Positions 18,336 to 28,138 of a stretch of DNA of 64,000 nt are shown one piece after another. The DNA comes from Planctomycetota bacterium. Its GTDB lineage: Bacteria; Planctomycetota; GCA-002687715; CAIWVZ01. Within the stretch, counting starts at the first letter, position 1. Each line of letters begins with the position of its first letter. The notes beneath the pieces are model-generated. The model was not told the origin of the DNA, did not search any database, and was given only the letters and a program-made list of their open reading frames with translations. The stretch covers positions 192,001 through 256,000 of the forward strand of contig JBGANV010000004.1 in assembly GCA_044222185.1 (NCBI GenBank), given 5' to 3'. The translations under genes and the position numbers were made by a program.

Positions 18336-21300
18336 TCAGTGGCGGCCGACGTCGAAGTTCAGCGTGCGGAACGGCTCGACGACGATCGGCGCGGTCCGCA
18401 TCGAGCCGTCTTCGAACCAGAGCGTGATCCGGTGACGACCTGCAGGCAGGACCGTCAGCAGCGACTCGCCCAGGCGGACCCCGCACGTCGCGTAGACGCG
18501 CTCGCCGAGTTCGGAGCGGACGTCGATCTGGGTCGGCAGAGTGCTCCGCGTTGCGCTGCTCGACGTGGTTTGGATCGAGAGCAGCCCAGCCGCCGTCATG
18601 CGGATCTGGCCGCACTCGGCGATGCCCGGGCGCTCGCGCCGCAGGACGACGCTGCCGGACGCCACCCACGTCTGCAGTTCGCCGTTGCGCCACGATGCGA
18701 GGACTGGTTTGTAGGAGGTGCCGGGACGGAGCCCGACCGCCGTGAACGATCCATCCGCTTCGAGCGTGACGCCCTGGAGGATGAACTCGGCGCCGTGGGC
18801 GAAGCCGAGCGACGAGGCTTGCGGGAGGGATCCGCCGTCGATGTGCAAGCGGCCACGCAGCGTCACCGTGGTCTGGTCGACGCCGCGGCCTGCGCCCCCG
18901 AGGGGCAGGACGAGGGTCATGGGGGTTTCCCCTGGGACGACATCCGGCACGATGGCGAAAGTCGGTGCCGCGGCGTCGCCACCGCGCACGGCGAGCTGCA
19001 GGCGTTCGCTCGGGAGGTTGCGGAGCTTGAAGAACCCCCCGTCGCGGGACGTGGACATGGCGCACCAGGAATCCGACGGAGGCACCTGACCTGCGAGGTC
19101 TTCGGCGATCTCCTCGACGGTGCGCGGCGCCCCGGGTTGGACCATCGCCATGACGAGCGCTCCGACGACGGGCCGTCCGTGTTCGTCGACCACCTTCCCG
19201 GTGAGTGCGACCTCGTCCTGGAGCGTGATCGTGATGGCTGGCTCATCGACGCCACGACCCGGAGTGACCAGGCCGGTGAACGCTCGGGCCCGCCCCGGAG
19301 CGCGCGCGTAGATGCGCACGGCACGCGGCGGTTCGGAGGGAGCCTGCGCGGGGAACGTGAGCCGTGCACGACCCTTCGCATCCGTCCGCAAGGGCTGTTC
19401 TGCTTCCGTTCGCGGAACGATGAACATCTTCGTCGAGAGCGCGACGTCCGCGATCGGCGCGCCCGCGCGGTCGACGACGCTGACCTGGATGCCCAGAGGC
19501 TCGCCGATGACGACGTCACCCGCTGCCGACGATTCGCCGGACCGAACGGCGACGCGGCGAGCGGCGTCCGTGCCGAACCGCGTCCACGGCGCGGTGATCT
19601 GGATCTCGACCGAGTCTTCGCCGCTTCCGACGGGCAGTCCGTCGAGCGAGAAATAGCCGTCGGCGTCCGTGATCGTCGCTCCGCGCATCGCCGCGAGGGC
19701 GGCGGGCAGCGCGAGCCCGTCGTCGTAATGAGGCGTGCGTGCAACACGTGCCGCGGCGACGGGGCGGCCGTCGCTCGTCACGACGCGACCGTGCACCACT
19801 GCCGGCTGCGTGGCGAGCAGGGTGATTGCCGTGGACTCGCCCTCTCCGGCCAGCTCGACTTCGGCGACGACGGGCGCATACCCCGGAGCGATGGCGCCGA
19901 TCATGCACCGGCGTCCTTCCTCGAGGTGGTCGAAACGGAACGTACCGTCCGCGTGTGCCACCACGCTCGTCGCTCCCCGCGCGTCCTCCGTGTCGTTCAG
20001 CCACCGGACGTCGGGCCCGGGAATCGCCAGCTTGTGACGGTCCGGCCAGTGGAAGATCGTCGCGCCCGCGATCGGGGATCTCGTCACCGAGTCGTTGATC
20101 GTTCCGGTGACGGCGCACCCGCGGCCGAGCGTGATGCGGGCGTAGCGGCCGCGCGTCGGATCCGCCTCGGGGAGCCTGGAGCACGTGGGCGCGAATCCCC
20201 TGGCCGTGACGACCAGGCGGTCCGCGATCTGCTGGCGTGTCTGCCGGAGGGCTTCCGTCTCAGGGATCTCGTTCAGCTCGAACGTGCCGCCGCTGCTGGT
20301 CGTCGCCGTCCGGTGGATCTCGATTCCCGAGAAGTATGCAATCCAGTCGATGGATGCGCCCGATACCGGCGTGCCGGCCGCGTCGGTGACGAGGCCCGTC
20401 GCCGGCCGGTCGGCGGCGAGGGTCACGGCGATGTGCCCCCCGAGGTGGCGGGACTCCATCACGGTCGGCGCGGCGCGACGCGCACGAACGTAGAGGTTCA
20501 CGAGTCCGCCGGCGGCCGTGGCGGGGAGCGTGAACTCCCCCTGGTCGTTGGTCGTCGCGCGCACGACGCCGCGGAGTGCGGGAGCGGACGGATCGTCGGA
20601 CACGGCGCGGATGATGTCGAGCGGGTACGCGATGACGTCGGCGTCGGCGATGGGGTTTCCCTCGGTGTCGAGAACCACTCCGGTCGTCGTGGCGAGCGGG
20701 CCGGGGTGCGGCACGACTCGCGCGGTGGACGGGGTCGCCGAGCTCGTATCCGGGTCCGTGGCCGCGGCGGAGGGCACGGCCGGGGCTGGCTCGCCTGCGG
20801 CGACCTGGGCGGTGCGGGTCTGCGGGGCCGACGTCAGGACGTGACCAGCCCACCAGATTCCGGTGACGAGCGTGGCGCCGAATAGGAGCGCCGGGAGCCA
20901 GCGCATCAGCACCACCGTTGCGGTCCCGGTTCCCGCAGCGACGGCGGAGGCCTTCGGCGGCAGGCGGATGAGCAGCGGTGCCAGTGTCATGGGCCAGGAG
21001 TCGCCGTGGCGCTCAGCCATCCGCTCCCGAAGCTGAGCGATCGCCCGCTTCAGGCGACTGCGGATCGTCCCCGCCGGCTCCCCCAGCCGGGCCGCGATCT
21101 GGTGCGGCTCGAGGTCGTCGAAGTACCGCAGCAGCACCGTCGTCCGGTACGGCTCGTCCAGTTCCAGGACGAGGCTCGTGAGTGACCTCTGGCGTTCGGC
21201 TCGGGCGACGACGTCCGGCGCCGCGGCTGCTGGCAAACCCGTTGGGGCGAGGCGCTCGCGCCGCGCGCGCCGGCCGCCACTACGCAGGGCCATCAGCGAC

Positions 21301-21500
21301 AGGTTGCGGATGACCGCCGCGATCCAACCCCGTGGCGATTGGTCATGCCGGGGCGGGCGTTCGATGGCAGCAAGGCAGGCCGTCTGAACGATGTCCTCGG
21401 CGAGGTTCGCGTCCCCCACGAGGCGGCGCGCAAGTGCGTGCGCCCATTGGCGGTTGGCGAGGAGGACGTCCAGCCCGTGGTTCTGCGACTCGACGGTCAT
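18336..21500 (-). CDS. ECF sigma-70 factor with TM helix and large extracytoplasmic carboxypeptidase-regulatory-like repeats
   Basis: Sigma2 motif AEDIVQ and sigma4 motif LDEPYR..VLLRY...GTIRSRLKRA. One TM helix, then repeated G.V.D..G.PI..A.V units. Confidence 0.85.
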   Translation of the reverse strand: MTVESQNHGLDVLLANRQWAHALARRLVGDANLAEDIVQTACLAAIERPPRHDQSPRGWIAAVIRNLSLMALRSGGRRARRERLAPTGLPAAAAPDVVARAERQRSLTSLVLELDEPYRTTVLLRYFDDLEPHQIAARLGEPAGTIRSRLKRAIAQLRERMAERHGDSWPMTLAPLLIRLPPKASAVAAGTGTATVVLMRWLPALLFGATLVTGIWWAGHVLTSAPQTRTAQVAAGEPAPAVPSAAATDPDTSSATPSTARVVPHPGPLATTTGVVLDTEGNPIADADVIAYPLDIIRAVSDDPSAPALRGVVRATTNDQGEFTLPATAAGGLVNLYVRARRAAPTVMESRHLGGHIAVTLAADRPATGLVTDAAGTPVSGASIDWIAYFSGIEIHRTATTSSGGTFELNEIPETEALRQTRQQIADRLVVTARGFAPTCSRLPEADPTRGRYARITLGRGCAVTGTINDSVTRSPIAGATIFHWPDRHKLAIPGPDVRWLNDTEDARGATSVVAHADGTFRFDHLEEGRRCMIGAIAPGYAPVVAEVELAGEGESTAITLLATQPAVVHGRVVTSDGRPVAAARVARTPHYDDGLALPAALAAMRGATITDADGYFSLDGLPVGSGEDSVEIQITAPWTRFGTDAARRVAVRSGESSAAGDVVIGEPLGIQVSVVDRAGAPIADVALSTKMFIVPRTEAEQPLRTDAKGRARLTFPAQAPSEPPRAVRIYARAPGRARAFTGLVTPGRGVDEPAITITLQDEVALTGKVVDEHGRPVVGALVMAMVQPGAPRTVEEIAEDLAGQVPPSDSWCAMSTSRDGGFFKLRNLPSERLQLAVRGGDAAAPTFAIVPDVVPGETPMTLVLPLGGAGRGVDQTTVTLRGRLHIDGGSLPQASSLGFAHGAEFILQGVTLEADGSFTAVGLRPGTSYKPVLASWRNGELQTWVASGSVVLRRERPGIAECGQIRMTAAGLLSIQTTSSSATRSTLPTQIDVRSELGERVYATCGVRLGESLLTVLPAGRHRITLWFEDGSMRTAPIVVEPFRTLNFDVGRH

Positions 21501-21896
21501 GTCGCCTCACAGATTGCCACCTCTGGTCACGCCGTTGCAACGAGCGGCGGCCGAATACGCCATGAGCATGTCACGGTGTTGTATCGACGTCGGCCGGGCG
21601 GAATACGGCCCGGAGGGCGACGCTCGAAGGTCCCGTATGGAACCTCCGACGCAGAGGCGCGTCTCTGCGTGGCGTGGCCGGCGGTTCCGGCGCTCGTGAA
21701 CCCCCCCCCAGGTGCGCGGCGTTCTCAGCCGTGCAGGCTGACCGCCAGGTTGGTTGGGGGTGCGACACGTCCGCCCGCCGGCCCGTGTGCGATGGAGTGG
21801 CGGCACGGCTTCGCGGCCCTTCGCCGCGGAATCGTCCGACATGGATTCGAAGAGAATCGTCCGTCGGCCGTCAAAGGAGATGGAGATCGGCGTGTC

Positions 21897-23540
21897 ATGA
21901 CCAAAACGACGTTCTGGTTCGCATGGGCATTCCTGTTCTGCACGTGGGCGGGTGTGGTCGCGCAGGACGCCAAGTCAGGCACCTACGAGGACAAGCGATA
22001 CGGCTTCAAGATGAAGCTCCCCGACAAGTGGGGCGCGGTCCCGGTCGGCATCGACGAGAAGTGGATCGTCTGCAAGTACCTCTGCGACAAGAGCTATCAG
22101 CCCAAGAAGGGCGAGTTCTTCATGGATCACAAGCCGCAGCTGCGGGTGATCGTCTTCGCCGAGGACGCCACGAAGTTCAAAGGCCCGAAGATCGAGACCG
22201 AGGAGACCTCGGGAGGTCGGACGATCTCGGTTTCGCAGACGGAGGTTCCCTTCCGCGACTACAAGGACTATCTGAAGCGCAATCTGCAGGAGGGCTTCTT
22301 CTTCTCCAGCGAGAAGCAGGCGCAGAGCGCGACGATCCCGTGCTGGCAGTACGAGGTGAAGATCGAGAAGCTCACCGTGCCGCGGCGCCTCGTGACGTGG
22401 GTGTTCAAGGGCGACGCCGCCGAGTACGCCGTCGAGTTCGAGGTCCTCGAGGACCACTACGAGAAGCTCCTCCCGACGTTCATGTCGACCCTCCAGTCGT
22501 TCCGCTTCATTCCCAGGGAGTCGTCCGCCGTCGGCAACGTCGGCGCGACGACGGGCGGCGGCGTGAAGGAAGTGGACCTCATGGGGCGGGGCCGCGAGGA
22601 GTGGAAGAAGCTTCCGGCGAAAGAGCGCGCCGACAAGCGCAAGAGCACGGAGGAGAGCCGCTTCCACAAGGCGAAGCAGGGGCTCCCGGCCGGATGGACC
22701 ACGCAGACGACTCCGCACTTCCTCGTGCTGACGCACGCGGACGCGAAGTACACCCAGAAGGTCGTGGATGCGGCCGAGGCCTGTCGCAAATGGCTCGACG
22801 ACACCCTCGGAGGCGTGAGCGACGAATACGTGCTCAAGGCGATCATCCGGGTCTGCGCCGATCAGAACGAAGCCCGCGCGTACGTCTCCGACTCCACGGA
22901 CTCGTACAACGCCGCGAAGCGCGAAGTGGTGACCTACAAGGACGCGTCCATGGGGAGCCGATCGGGCTTCGAGCGTTTGTTCAGCGGCCTGTATCGATCC
23001 TATCTGTACGACAAGGACCCCTACCTGCTCATGAGCACGCCGGACTGGCTCGACGACGGGATGGCGCAGCTGATGTCGGCGGCGACTCCCAAGGGGCAAC
23101 GCCTCGAGACCGCCTCCGACACCTGGGAGGCCGACCGTGTGCGCGAGGCGATGAAGGGCGGCAAGGGGTGGACGGCACGCGCGCTGATCGAGATGCCTGC
23201 AGACAAGTTCCGCGGCAGCGAATTCGGCTCGAACGCCGTCATGTCGGGCCGGCTCGTCCGCACGCTGTTGACGACGAAAGAGAAGTTCCTCTCGGACTTC
23301 ATCGTGCGTTACTACAAGGCCGTCATCGAAGTCTCGGCCGAAATGAACAAGGACGACCGGATGACGATTCGCGGCGCCGACGAGACGGAAGAGCAGGAAG
23401 AGGCGCGGTTGAAGGAGCGCAAGCAGGCCGGCACCAAGCGTGCCGCCGAGCTACGCAAGGCGGTCCACGAGAAGGTGCTCACCTGGACCGACAAGGAATG
23501 GGGCGTGGTCGAGGCTGCGTTCGCCGCCGCCATCAAGTGA
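21897..23540 (+). CDS. Secreted hypothetical protein with degenerate zincin-like domain
   Basis: RBS AGGAGA/GGAG and signal peptide. TPHFLV and PDWLDDGMA are present but HExxH is not. Confidence 0.7.
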   Translation: MTKTTFWFAWAFLFCTWAGVVAQDAKSGTYEDKRYGFKMKLPDKWGAVPVGIDEKWIVCKYLCDKSYQPKKGEFFMDHKPQLRVIVFAEDATKFKGPKIETEETSGGRTISVSQTEVPFRDYKDYLKRNLQEGFFFSSEKQAQSATIPCWQYEVKIEKLTVPRRLVTWVFKGDAAEYAVEFEVLEDHYEKLLPTFMSTLQSFRFIPRESSAVGNVGATTGGGVKEVDLMGRGREEWKKLPAKERADKRKSTEESRFHKAKQGLPAGWTTQTTPHFLVLTHADAKYTQKVVDAAEACRKWLDDTLGGVSDEYVLKAIIRVCADQNEARAYVSDSTDSYNAAKREVVTYKDASMGSRSGFERLFSGLYRSYLYDKDPYLLMSTPDWLDDGMAQLMSAATPKGQRLETASDTWEADRVREAMKGGKGWTARALIEMPADKFRGSEFGSNAVMSGRLVRTLLTTKEKFLSDFIVRYYKAVIEVSAEMNKDDRMTIRGADETEEQEEARLKERKQAGTKRAAELRKAVHEKVLTWTDKEWGVVEAAFAAAIK

Positions 23541-23556
23541 CGCAGGGGGAACCGAC

Positions 23557-25137
23557 GTGAGATCATCGTTTGGAAGCGTTGCAGTCACGGCCGCCGTCGT
23601 GGCGTTCGCGTGCGTCGTCGTCGCCAGTGCGCAGGATGCGGTGCAACTCACTGACGGCCGCTTCGTCACCGGACCACCGATGACGCGCACGCCCAATGGG
23701 GTCGTCATCCACTACAAGAACGGCGACGTCACGATTCCCAAGACGCTCGTCCGCGAGGCCGCCGTTTCGAAAGTCGAGGGCGTCGAGCCCGACAAGGCGT
23801 CGCCGGAAGCCGCCGAGAAGATCGCGCAGGGCCTCGTCAACTTCGAAGGCAAATGGCTGAAGAAGGACCAGGTCGACAAGATCATCGAAGGGCGCAAGAT
23901 CGGGCGCACGAAGAAGATCAAGGAGGCGATGGATCATCGCGAGTGGCGCAACCGCTACACGTCGCAGACCGAGAACTTCGCCTTCGAGTACACGATCGAC
24001 CAGGAGGTGATGAAGGGCTACTCCGAGCTGATGGAGGTCTACTTCAAGCGCTTCACCAAGGAGTGGAAGATCACGCGCCCGGCGGGCATGGGGAAGCTGA
24101 AGGTCTGCTTCTACCACGACGAGGACACGTTCCATCAAGTGGGCGGCGCTTCACCCGGTGTGCTCGGCTACTTCAAGTTCGTGAAGCCCGAGGAGCTCAA
24201 CTTCTTCTACGACCGCACGGACGAGGAGCTCACCATGGCGGTCATGTTCCACGAGACGAACCACTACCTCACGCACCTGATCGATCCGACGTTCCAGTAC
24301 CCGATCTGGATCAACGAGTCGCTTGCCGAGTACTACGGCGCGAGCAAGTGGGACCCGAAGACGAAGACGATGGACATCGGCCGGATCCAGGATGGCCGGC
24401 TGGCGGTGATCCAGGACCACATCCTCGGAGACAACTGGCAGAAGCTCGACGCGCTGATGCGCCTGAAGCACGGCGAGTTCGACGCGAATCACTACGCCTG
24501 GGGCTGGTCCTTCGTCCATTACCTGATGTCGAACAAGAAGTACGCCGAGAAGTTCAAGGCGTTCTACATCGCGCTGGCCAAGGAGAAGGGCATCAAGCGA
24601 TCCAGCGAGGGGCAATTCAAGACCGTCGAGCCCGACGAGGTTCAACGCGTGCTCATGCAGTACCTCGGGGTGAAGGACATCGCCACGCTCGAGAAGGAGT
24701 GGCACGAGTACATCAAGAGCCTGAAGCAGACCTCAGCACACGGCTTGGCGGAGGCCGGCGAACTGTTCCTCATGTTCGACGCCCCGCTGAAGGCCCAGAA
24801 GTTCCTGAAACAGGCCATCGAAAAGGGCGACGACAACGCCAAGACCTGGTTCAACCTCGCACGAACGTACTCGCGAAAGAGCAAGTACGACGAGGCCGCG
24901 GATGCGATGAAGAAGGCGATCGAGCGGGATCCGCTCAACGGCCTCTTCTACCTCGAGGCGGCTCGCGCCGAGCAGGGGAAGGCCAACCACTCGTCCACGG
25001 ACGAATCGACGCGGCTGAAGCAGCTCGCACTCGAAGTCGAGCCGGACAACTTCGACGTCATCCAGCAGGTGATGATGGACGAGGCCGTGCGGAAGAAGTT
25101 CGGCGAGGAGCGGGAAAAGAGCAAGGGCGGGAGCTGA
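23557..25137 (+). CDS. Secreted DUF1570/peptidase MA-like protein with C-terminal TPR repeats
   Basis: FHETNH, WINESLAEYY and YAWGWSFVHYL motifs. TPR-like AKTWFNLA...AIERDP. Confidence 0.8.
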   Translation: MRSSFGSVAVTAAVVAFACVVVASAQDAVQLTDGRFVTGPPMTRTPNGVVIHYKNGDVTIPKTLVREAAVSKVEGVEPDKASPEAAEKIAQGLVNFEGKWLKKDQVDKIIEGRKIGRTKKIKEAMDHREWRNRYTSQTENFAFEYTIDQEVMKGYSELMEVYFKRFTKEWKITRPAGMGKLKVCFYHDEDTFHQVGGASPGVLGYFKFVKPEELNFFYDRTDEELTMAVMFHETNHYLTHLIDPTFQYPIWINESLAEYYGASKWDPKTKTMDIGRIQDGRLAVIQDHILGDNWQKLDALMRLKHGEFDANHYAWGWSFVHYLMSNKKYAEKFKAFYIALAKEKGIKRSSEGQFKTVEPDEVQRVLMQYLGVKDIATLEKEWHEYIKSLKQTSAHGLAEAGELFLMFDAPLKAQKFLKQAIEKGDDNAKTWFNLARTYSRKSKYDEAADAMKKAIERDPLNGLFYLEAARAEQGKANHSSTDESTRLKQLALEVEPDNFDVIQQVMMDEAVRKKFGEEREKSKGGS

Positions 25138-25221
25138 GCCCCCGCCCCCGTCATTCGTGCGGGCCGAGGCCCGCCGCTTGCGCGTTCGCGCCGCGAGACG
25201 CGGCGCGCCGCAGGTTCGCGG

Positions 25222-27174
25222 TCAGAAGATGTTGAACGCGAACGTGAAGTTGGAGCCGAGCCACGGAACCGTGCTCGACCACATGCTCATACCGCTCTGC
25301 GGCCCGTAGGCCTGCAGAATGTTCGTCCCGAGCTTCACGTGGAGGCCGTTCGACGTCTTGATCGGGTCGTTCGGGAACGACACGGGGTTGTACATGACGA
25401 CCTGCATGTAGACGTCGAGCCCCATGAGTGCAGGCGTGTTGGGGATCGGCGCATTCGGCACCGACGTCAACGTGACGGGGATCCACAGTGCCGTCGTGAA
25501 GTCCACGAGCACCACGTCCGTCACGAGGTTGTTGGTGGCCCCGATCGTCGCCCAGAGCGGCGACGTACCGACCAGCGCATAGCACTCGGCGATCTGGACC
25601 GTCACCGAGCACGAGCTACCCGCGCCCAGGTCGTCCGTGAGGTGGAACGTGAAGACCCACGTCCCCGAGTTGGCGTTGTTCGGCGTCCAGTGCAACGTCG
25701 TCTGCGCCGGCTGGCCCGTGGTCGGGAGCGGCGTCGTGAACGAGATTGCAGCCGGAAGCTGAGTGTTCGTTCCGTTCTTGGCGACGCCCGTGAGCGACAA
25801 CGTCACGAACTGATTTGGGCCACCGTTCTGCGCCTCGCCCGCGATCGTGATCGAGAGCGGCGTGCCGACGTTGCCCATGACCGGTCCGATCGGCGTCGGC
25901 GCGATGCAGTGCGGAGCGCCGACCCAGTTCGCCTGGACGACGTTCGAATTCTGCGTCTGCGCGTTCGTCGGGTCGACGTAGCTCGCCTGGATGTTGTCCA
26001 GTCCGACGCCGTTCGCGCCCGTGTACGTGAAACTCGCCTGACCCTGCGCGTTCGTGAGAGCCGCTCCGGAGGTGCCGGCGTTCGGTCCCGTCACGACGCT
26101 GAACGACACGCTCGTGTTCGGAAGCGGCGCGCTGTTCGCCTGCGTGACGGTCGCCGTCACCGTGTGCGTCTGGCCGATGTTGTGCGTCGCAGAGGGCGGC
26201 TGGAGGCTGATGGTGCCGACGCCAGGGGGCGGCGCGAATCCACCGCAGATCCGGACGACGCTGTCGCCGCCGATCGTCACGCCGCTGTTGAGGCGGGTGC
26301 CATCCTGCGTCAGGTAGAGGCAGCCGTCGGCTCCGACCTGCGCCAGGTCGCCGCGGAAACCGCCGGACGCGAACAGGCTGACGGTGCCCGGCTGCGTGTA
26401 ATCGTTGCCGGGGAAGTCGATGCGCTGCATCGTCCCGTCCAGGTTGTTGGTGACGACGAACTGAGGTGAGGCCGCGTGGAACGCGATGCCGTCCGGCTCG
26501 GAGGGCAGGATCACGTGCTGAACGAGCGACCCGTCGCTCGTACGCAGGATCGTCACCCCGAAGCTGCCGAACGTGCCGCTTCCCGAGCGATTGGCGCAAA
26601 ACAGGAACGCGCCGGTCGGGTCGAAGAACACGCCGTCGACGAACTGTCCCTGGAGGACGGTGGAGAAGATGGACGACGTCGTGAGGTTGGGGTCGACGCG
26701 GACCATTTCTCCGCCCGCGCCGACGTACACGAGGTCGCTCGTGACGGGATCGACCGCGATGCCGAGGGCGTTGCCGCCCGGGCCGAATGGACCGCCTGCC
26801 GGCGCGCCGGTCGCCTCGTTCTGGCGAGTGATTCCGCCCGTGGTGTTCGAGTACATGAACCCGTTCGGGTGGTTGGTCAGGCCGCAGCCCACGTTCGACG
26901 GCACGAAGTTGACGAGCGAATGGACCGTGGTCCCGCCGATGTTCGTCGTGAGCGTCGCGCTGAACCGGCCGAGCGACCCGTTGCCGGCAACGCACGGTGT
27001 CACCCAGAGGTCGCCATTCGGCGCGAACGCGACGCCGCCGAAGAACCCGGGTGCCGTGGCGTACAGCTCCTGCGTGAAGCCGGGCTGGAGGAATGTGAAT
27101 GATTGGGCGTGCGCGGCCGTGGCGAGCACGACTGCGGCGAGAAAGAAGGATGCTCGATCGAAAGATCGCATCAT
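25222..27174 (-). CDS. Secreted beta-propeller + Big_1/Ig-like domain protein with shared C-terminal domain
   Basis: Signal peptide ending AHAQ. GIAVDP/DGIAF propeller repeats. Big_1-like THTVTATV...TNAQGQASFTYT. Confidence 0.75.
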   Translation of the reverse strand: MMRSFDRASFFLAAVVLATAAHAQSFTFLQPGFTQELYATAPGFFGGVAFAPNGDLWVTPCVAGNGSLGRFSATLTTNIGGTTVHSLVNFVPSNVGCGLTNHPNGFMYSNTTGGITRQNEATGAPAGGPFGPGGNALGIAVDPVTSDLVYVGAGGEMVRVDPNLTTSSIFSTVLQGQFVDGVFFDPTGAFLFCANRSGSGTFGSFGVTILRTSDGSLVQHVILPSEPDGIAFHAASPQFVVTNNLDGTMQRIDFPGNDYTQPGTVSLFASGGFRGDLAQVGADGCLYLTQDGTRLNSGVTIGGDSVVRICGGFAPPPGVGTISLQPPSATHNIGQTHTVTATVTQANSAPLPNTSVSFSVVTGPNAGTSGAALTNAQGQASFTYTGANGVGLDNIQASYVDPTNAQTQNSNVVQANWVGAPHCIAPTPIGPVMGNVGTPLSITIAGEAQNGGPNQFVTLSLTGVAKNGTNTQLPAAISFTTPLPTTGQPAQTTLHWTPNNANSGTWVFTFHLTDDLGAGSSCSVTVQIAECYALVGTSPLWATIGATNNLVTDVVLVDFTTALWIPVTLTSVPNAPIPNTPALMGLDVYMQVVMYNPVSFPNDPIKTSNGLHVKLGTNILQAYGPQSGMSMWSSTVPWLGSNFTFAFNIF

Positions 27175-27515
27175 GACGTCTCTCATTTGGGATGGAGTGA
27201 CCGGTCGGACTTCGAACCGGGGAGCGCGAATCCTATTGCCTCGTGGCGCTCGCGCGCAAGGCGCGTGGCGCGACGCGACATGCGCGCGAACCTTCTCGTG
27301 CGAATAGCCTTGCAGCGGATCGGCTTTCTCTCGGAAACCCGTCACGGCACACGGCGCATCGAGCGGCGCCGTGCGAGCCTGCCCGGATGCGCGCGGCGGC
27401 CCGTCGCGCTCCGCGGAGGTGGGAACAGGTGCTGTCGACGACCGCGCCCAGGTCGGTGTAAGCGTGGTTCTACAGAGGACTTTCGTCGACACGAGCCGGT
27501 GCGACCCGCGCGCCG

Positions 27516-28055
27516 TCACCGGGTCGTGTCGCGCGGCGGCGGTCGTACGCCGCCGAACTCCCATGAGTCCTCCGTGGGCGCATTCACCCAGGGCCTGCCC
27601 GCGAGCGCGGCTTCGATCTGTCCGTGATGATGAACGCAGTGGTTGGACGCGAGTCTCAGCCAGCGCCACGCCGCGAATTCGCCCTTCTCGGGATGAAGGC
27701 AACCCGTGAGGAGGCGTTCCCGTGGAAGGTCCTCGACGAAGTGGATGAGCGTTCGCCGTGCGCCGAGAAAAAGTCCGCCGCTCACGTCGGCAGGCCGACG
27801 CGAGTAGTCGAGGTTGCGTGCCCAATCGTCCTGCTCGAAGCTTTCAACCGGGCTCCTTGGTTCTGCGGCCGCGCGGCAGAACCGCCAGAGGTTCACCATC
27901 TCGCAATCGGCCAGGTGCGCGAGGAGCTGGCGGACCGTCCACTTGCCCGGCGCGTAGGCGCGTGCCTGGTCTGCGGCGTTCAACTTGAAGAAGGGCGCGA
28001 CGAGGTCTTGCGTCTCGCGGAGGCGGTTGGCGAGGAATCGGGCGTCGACTTCCAT
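27516..28055 (-). CDS. DinB family protein
   Basis: YAPGKWTVRQLLAHLADCE and H..HH motifs. Confidence 0.85.
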   Translation of the reverse strand: MEVDARFLANRLRETQDLVAPFFKLNAADQARAYAPGKWTVRQLLAHLADCEMVNLWRFCRAAAEPRSPVESFEQDDWARNLDYSRRPADVSGGLFLGARRTLIHFVEDLPRERLLTGCLHPEKGEFAAWRWLRLASNHCVHHHGQIEAALAGRPWVNAPTEDSWEFGGVRPPPRDTTR

Positions 28056-28138
28056 GGTCGGACTCCTTTCAGAGGCCGGGAGCGTACGGCGCGGGGGGTA
28101 CAGGGTCCGTGGTTCGCCCGGGTACCATCCCCGCGCCC

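Noticed and set aside
18285-20885. 866-aa + strand ORF, and similar long ORFs such as 27980-30718(-), 21674-23560(+) and 36296-38320(+)
   Set aside because: Arg/Ala/Gly-rich shadow or off-frame ORFs that overlap well-supported genes, as expected in high-GC DNA.
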